A stretch of 64,000 nt of DNA from Candidatus Tectimicrobiota bacterium (GTDB lineage: Bacteria; JACPUC01). A model generated the notes under the pieces. It saw only the letters and a list, made by a program, of their open reading frames with translations. It ran no database searches and was not told the DNA's origin. Below are positions 59,009-64,000 of the stretch, in pieces. The stretch is taken from NCBI GenBank assembly GCA_016192455.1, contig JACPUC010000030.1, positions 62,001 to 126,000 on the forward strand, written 5' to 3'. The number at the start of each line of letters is the position of its first letter. The first letter of the stretch is position 1. The position numbers and the translations under genes are program-made.

Positions 59009-60148
59009 TCAGGCTGGCTTCACCATCTCCTTGTCGTCGGCGCCGAGCTTCTCAAAGACCTTTTGCTTCACTTGGGCGTCGAAGATTTCCCATTTCTTGT
59101 ACGTGAAGTCCCCTTCAAGGGTGCCGGAGAGGAAGCCGAGGGGCACGGTGAAGCCGCCGGCATCGTGCCGTCCGCCGCCGAAGTAGCGGCCGGCGGCGTC
59201 GCGCCCGAAGCTCTCCTTCAGGAAATGGTCAGGGTCCAGGGTGATCTTCGAGGTGCGCAGGGAGCCAACGAGCATCTCGGTCTTGTCGGCATCGATGACG
59301 ATGCCGTAGACGATGGCGGTGTGGACGTTCTCTTCGGTAAGGAGGAAGTCGGCCGCCTGCGGGATGGCATCGCGGTCTTCGGCCCGCAGGTAGCCGATGC
59401 CGGCCACGCTGACGTTGTTCTGCACGACGCGGTTCTCGAGCGCCTTCTGGATGACGCTCATCACCTTCTTCGAGCGCGCCTGGTTCATAATGTCGCTGAG
59501 CAGCCCTTGATCGGTGAAAGAGCTCAGGTACGCGGCGGCGTAAAAATCCTCCTCGCCCGCTCGCAGCAGGTTCGAGGTTTCGGTGATGATCCCGTGCATG
59601 AGCGCCGTGGCGCAGCGCACATGGGTCTTGTTCGTGCGCTCGAAGCTGACGAGCCCGGCCTGCAGGTAGCCGGTGTAGATCGTTGCGGTGGCGCCCACCT
59701 TCTGGATGTCGCAGAACTCCGGGCTGACCGCGTACTGCTTCTCGTGGTGGTCGACGACGATCAGGTCCTTCACGCCGGCCTCGTGCAGGCGCTCGGTAAG
59801 CGAGGTGGTGGTGCCCTGGTTGTCGATGAAGACCGCGCCGTCGAAACGCTTGAAGTCGAAGCCGGATTGGTAGCGGGTGAGGTCGATCTCCAGCAGCTTC
59901 GTCAGGGCGATGTTCTGTTGGTGGCTGATGATGCCGTCGTAGACGATCTCGCACTCGATGCCGAAGCCGCGGGAGATGAGCAGATGGGCGAATCCCGAGG
60001 AGATCGCGTCGGGGTCGGGGAAGTTCTGGATGGCGATGATGTGGTGCTCACCCCGGTGGAGCTGCAAAAAGCTCGCAAGCTTCTCCGCCATCGACCGGGG
60101 GACGGCGTTGGAGGCGACGAGGCTCGCCACACTCTGTTGCTGTTCCAT
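59009..60148 (-). CDS. DHH family phosphoesterase
   Basis: PDPDAISS, VVDHHE, GATATI, GGGRHDAGG. Confidence 0.9.
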   Translation of the reverse strand: MEQQQSVASLVASNAVPRSMAEKLASFLQLHRGEHHIIAIQNFPDPDAISSGFAHLLISRGFGIECEIVYDGIISHQQNIALTKLLEIDLTRYQSGFDFKRFDGAVFIDNQGTTTSLTERLHEAGVKDLIVVDHHEKQYAVSPEFCDIQKVGATATIYTGYLQAGLVSFERTNKTHVRCATALMHGIITETSNLLRAGEEDFYAAAYLSSFTDQGLLSDIMNQARSKKVMSVIQKALENRVVQNNVSVAGIGYLRAEDRDAIPQAADFLLTEENVHTAIVYGIVIDADKTEMLVGSLRTSKITLDPDHFLKESFGRDAAGRYFGGGRHDAGGFTVPLGFLSGTLEGDFTYKKWEIFDAQVKQKVFEKLGADDKEMVKPA

Positions 60149-60969
60149 AAACGTAGAAACTCCTGAGCTCGCCGGTGGCAAGCCTCACGACGACGCGCCG
60201 ACGGCGCCGACCCTCGGGTCTCCGGGCCGCACCTGGCGCCGGCCGTCAGCGAAGCTTCCTCACCGGAGCAGCGGCTGATCCCAAGCGACGATAGACGAGG
60301 AATCCATCAGGGGAAATGACTATCGCTTCGCGCTACGGGCTGGTTAACTGCATGACCGTGGTACTCATGTATCACGATTGAGCAAAATGTCAACGGTTGA
60401 ATTTCGCTGCTTCAACCTCGCGGGACGCGCCTGGGCGCGCCAGGGGGAAATGGGGGCCACGAGGGAGCGGAGGGCCTCCTCCCGAGGCACTGCGGCGGGC
60501 GCGGGACGCGCTGGAGGAACAAGGGTGGCGCCATGATCGGCCTGTGCCTCCAGCCTCATTTGACGAACCTTCGTAGCTGTGCTACCGAACATCAGGGGCA
60601 GCCGAGAACGCCCGCGGCTTCATGCGGCCTGGCGAGGTGGCGGAGCTGCTCACCGGCTCGGCGCAGGTTCCCCCGCCCTCGCTCCGCCATCCCCCAGGCT
60701 GGCTCCTGGGGCGTGCTTCCGGGGGCTTGCTCTTAGGGCTCGCTGGAAGGGGCTTGCTGGGGATGCCTCGATCCCGAGGCATTCAAGCGCGATTCGGTTT
60801 TTCACCACAAGACAAGAGTAAGAATGGAAGGACTACATTTCAAGTCCCGCCGGCGAGTCTCGGCGCCGAACCGCTCCTGGCGCTGGGCCGCGACGGCCTC
60901 AGCGCGACGGCCTTGGCTTTTGAGGGCGACTGCGGGCAGGCGCGCGCCCTGAACAGTGAAGGAGGCAGT

Positions 60970-61953
60970 GTGGCAGGGGTGCTCATTACCGGCGGAACGG
61001 GATTGATCGGCGCGCAGGTGGCGCGCCTCCTTGTGGAGCGCGGCGAATCGCCGCTGCTCTTCGAGCTGTCGCCGCGCCAGGAGGCTGTCTCCGCATTGCA
61101 GGCGGAGTCCGCTGGAGCTGCGGCGCGGGGTCGCATCCATCTGCTTCAGGGGGACGTGCTGCATCTGGACCAGGTGCGGGCGGCCGTGCGGCAGCACGAC
61201 ATCAGGTGCGTCATCCACACCGCCGCCCTGCGGGGCCTCACCGCGGGGGTGCAAGCGAATCCCTACGAGGGGGCGCGCTTGAACTTCGAAGGGGCCTTGA
61301 ACATCCTGGAGGCGGCTCGCCTCGAGGGGGTTCGGCGGGTTGTCTTCTCCAGCTCCTCGACGGTCTACTTCGGCACTCTTGATCCCCTGCCCGCGACGCT
61401 CCGCGAGGAGATGCCCCTGCGGCCGCCGCCGTCGATTTACGCCGCCACGAAGCTCGCCGCCGAGCACCTGGGGCGGAACTACGCCCGCTGGTTCGGCGTC
61501 GAGTTCACGGCGGTGCGCTATGCCAGGGTGATCGGCCCCCAGGCGAACCCCGTCACCCCTCACGGGGTGGCCCTCAAGACCATGGCGGAGGCGGCGGTGC
61601 GCGGCGAGCCCGCCAAGGTTGAGGCGTTCCTGTTCAGCGAGGAGCTCCTCTCGTATCGGGACGCGGCTCGCGGCACCGTGCTGGCGGCGCTGAAGAAGGG
61701 CGACCCGGCGCCGGCGTACAACATCGGCAGCGGCCAGCCCCACACGATGGCGGAGGTGCTGGAGGCCCTGCGCCGCTGCGTGCCCGAGGCGCGCATCAGC
61801 ACGCGCCCCCTGTCGCCGAGCTTTCCCTACCGCTTCCCCATCCCCCCGCAGGACGGCGAGCTGGCGCAGCGGGACCTCGGCTACACCGCCGCCTGCGACC
61901 TCGAGCAGATCATGGCGGAGTACTGCGACTATGCTCGCGCTCGGCGCGGCTGA
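60970..61953 (+). CDS. NAD-dependent epimerase/dehydratase (extended SDR)
   Basis: ITGGTGLIG, IHTAA, FSSSSTVY, YAATK; GGAGG RBS. Confidence 0.9.
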   Translation: MAGVLITGGTGLIGAQVARLLVERGESPLLFELSPRQEAVSALQAESAGAAARGRIHLLQGDVLHLDQVRAAVRQHDIRCVIHTAALRGLTAGVQANPYEGARLNFEGALNILEAARLEGVRRVVFSSSSTVYFGTLDPLPATLREEMPLRPPPSIYAATKLAAEHLGRNYARWFGVEFTAVRYARVIGPQANPVTPHGVALKTMAEAAVRGEPAKVEAFLFSEELLSYRDAARGTVLAALKKGDPAPAYNIGSGQPHTMAEVLEALRRCVPEARISTRPLSPSFPYRFPIPPQDGELAQRDLGYTAACDLEQIMAEYCDYARARRG

Positions 61954-62081
61954 GGGAGCCGCCCGGGGGAGGAAGAGCGCCACGGCGCAGGGACGAGCCG
62001 GTGTGGAGGGGGCGCGCAAAGCGCAGAAAGGGGCAGCGCCGCCGCGCCGCCCCTTGCAGGAGGGTCCAGGTCTCCCGAACG

Positions 62082-63092
62082 CTACTTCTTCCCCGCCGCT
62101 TTCAGGAAGCTCAGGTCGAAGAGCTGGTCCTCGGGCACCATTTTCTGCACGTTCCCGGTCTTGACAAGCCACTCCTGCATCGCCATGACGCTCTTTATGT
62201 TCGGCATGGAATCGTACGTAAAGCCGGCATGGATGGACTTCTTGATGAGGTCCGGCTCAAGCTTCGTCCATTTGTTCATCACCGTGGCCACTTCATCGCT
62301 CTGCTTGCCTTTGTCGATGTAGAACTTCACCCCCTTCTGGTAGGCGTTCATCCATTTCTGGGCATCGTCGCGGCGCTCGCGGATGAACTTACCGGTGTAG
62401 ATGAAGAACGCCGAGGTAAAATCGAGGGTGCCGGGGGTCTGATCGCCGGTGACCAGGATTTTGCCGACGCCCATCTCCTCGGCGCGCGTCCCCCATGGGT
62501 CCACGAAGATGCCCGCGTCGACGGCCTTGGTCTGCATCCCCTGCACCATCTTCGGGATGTCCATGTATTTGACCTTGTTGTGATCGTAGGGAACACCGTT
62601 CGAGGTGAGGATGTGGTAGAGGAGGTACTCGCCGGAGGTGAAGGGGGCGTTGTTGTAGATCGTCCGGCCGGCAAGGTCCTTCACGCTGCGGACCTCGCCG
62701 GAGTCGTAGAGGTCCTTGCGGACGGCCAACAAGAGGTAGCCGTTGCCCTTCGACAGCTTCCCCTTGTCGGCGACGATCTTCATATCCAGGCCCGTGGCGA
62801 AGGCGTTGAAGAAGCCCGCGCTCACCGCGCCGCCGAGGACATCGAGCTGCCCGGTGGCGGCGGGCGCCATCATCTTCTGGGCGGAGATGAAGCGCTCGGC
62901 CTTGACCGTCAGTCCTGCCTCCGTGAAGTAGCCGTTGTCAATGGCGATAAAGAACGGGGCGTAGGAGAGGAACGGTTGGTAGCCGGCATTCACCTCCGCC
63001 GCCGAGGCCGGGCCGAGGGGCAGGGCGAGCAGGCTGGCGAGCAGAGCGAGGGGGAACGTCAGGGATACAACGCGTCGCATGCGTGGCAGCAT
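62082..63092 (-). CDS. ABC transporter substrate-binding protein (NMT1/SsuA-like)
   Basis: Signal peptide; APFFIAIDNGYFTEAGL, VKDLAGRTI. Confidence 0.88.
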   Translation of the reverse strand: MLPRMRRVVSLTFPLALLASLLALPLGPASAAEVNAGYQPFLSYAPFFIAIDNGYFTEAGLTVKAERFISAQKMMAPAATGQLDVLGGAVSAGFFNAFATGLDMKIVADKGKLSKGNGYLLLAVRKDLYDSGEVRSVKDLAGRTIYNNAPFTSGEYLLYHILTSNGVPYDHNKVKYMDIPKMVQGMQTKAVDAGIFVDPWGTRAEEMGVGKILVTGDQTPGTLDFTSAFFIYTGKFIRERRDDAQKWMNAYQKGVKFYIDKGKQSDEVATVMNKWTKLEPDLIKKSIHAGFTYDSMPNIKSVMAMQEWLVKTGNVQKMVPEDQLFDLSFLKAAGKK

Positions 63093-63394
63093 CTTGATAC
63101 CTCCTCAGGAACAGCGCGTGCGTTCAGTGGCCGCTCCTCTCATCTCGTCGCCGCGCCGTTCGGGGCAGCGCTCCGCGATGAGAAGGCCGCAGGACCACAT
63201 CTCCTCATGCCGACTTGGTGAGCGGAGAGGCTCCGCCGCCGAGCATCACTTGTGCAGAGCTGGGTGTGCTCTCTCCCATATACCAGCCGCGCCGCAAGAG
63301 TTCAAAGGGAAAGCGGCCCAGCCGCCCGGCCCGCGGCTGTGGCGTGGTGACCCTCCACCCCGCCGCGCCGGTCGTCGTCCTGCCCCGGCGCGTC

Positions 63395-64000
63395 TTAAAA
63401 CTTCGCAAAGAGCTCCTTGTCCGGCGCCTTCTTCACGATGCCGAGCTCCACCGCTTTCCGCACCTGCCACCTGCCGGCCTCGATCGCCTTGTCATCCCAC
63501 GGCGTCTTGTAGATGCGGATCATTCGCTGCTTCAGGACGGCGATGACTTTGGGATCGCTGATCTCCAGGGTTTTCCTGCCGATCTCCAGCGCTTCATCGG
63601 GATGCGCCAGAATCCAGGCGCGCGCCTGCCCCACGGCGCGGGCCAGCCCTTGCGCCGCCTTCGGGTGCGCATCGAGCCACGCCTTGCGCGCCGCTAACGT
63701 CGAGAAGAGGAGCGGCACGCCCTTCGTCGTCTCGTTCCAGAGGTCTTCAAACCACACCACTTCCTCGGCCTCGCCTTTCGCGATCAGCATGCTGGTGAAG
63801 GGCTCGTAATGGATCGACGCGTCAACCTCCTTGCGGCTGATGAAGGCCATCAAGGCGATGGGGTTGCCGATGATGAGCTTGTAATCCTTCTCGGGATCAC
63901 AGCCGCGCACCGCGCAGAGAATCCTGAACGTGTTGTACGTTGAGGAGCTGCGCTGGACGAAGCCGAGGCGCTTCCCCTTCAGGTCCTCAAAGCGGTTGAG
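63395..64000 (-). CDS. ABC transporter substrate-binding protein (5' end outside window)
   Basis: DLKGKRLGF, VDASIHYEPF, WLDAHP..A.GLARA. Confidence 0.8.
   Translation of the reverse strand, partial: LNRFEDLKGKRLGFVQRSSSTYNTFRILCAVRGCDPEKDYKLIIGNPIALMAFISRKEVDASIHYEPFTSMLIAKGEAEEVVWFEDLWNETTKGVPLLFSTLAARKAWLDAHPKAAQGLARAVGQARAWILAHPDEALEIGRKTLEISDPKVIAVLKQRMIRIYKTPWDDKAIEAGRWQVRKAVELGIVKKAPDKELFAKF

Overview
Very GC-rich bacterial chromosomal window, taxon not determinable from sequence alone. It is mostly mixed housekeeping and catabolic genes: two UbiD decarboxylases, two acyl/aryl-CoA ligases, two gentisate-dioxygenase-type cupins, a nitrilase, ABC systems, thiC with a TPP riboswitch, pilT/pilU, fabF, sppA and an ECF sigma/anti-sigma pair. 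The main result is hidden from the ORF track by in-frame TGA codons. At 54.5-57.3 kb (minus strand) lies a selenoprotein-dense, mer-like soft-metal cluster: a MerT-like transporter, a glutaredoxin (UxxC), an uncalled tandem zinc-ribbon protein with two CxxU motifs, an exported MerP/HMA chaperone with a UxxU motif, a Met-rich exported cupin and a TlpA redoxin (UxxC). Its six TGAs all sit at Cys-motif positions and are followed by SECIS-like hairpins. A seventh putative Sec codon lies in a class I CoA-transferase-fold alpha subunit (33143-33145). Other oddities: a divergent UbiD followed by an uncalled 50-aa zinc-ribbon gene, a free-standing archaeal-type ThrRS editing domain with altered active-site residues, a decayed DUF1156 methylase/PD-(D/E)XK defence remnant, a stand-alone 13-codon ORF with about 16 nt of anti-SD complementarity, and REP-like repeats. 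All family calls are by eye from motifs; no database searches were run.
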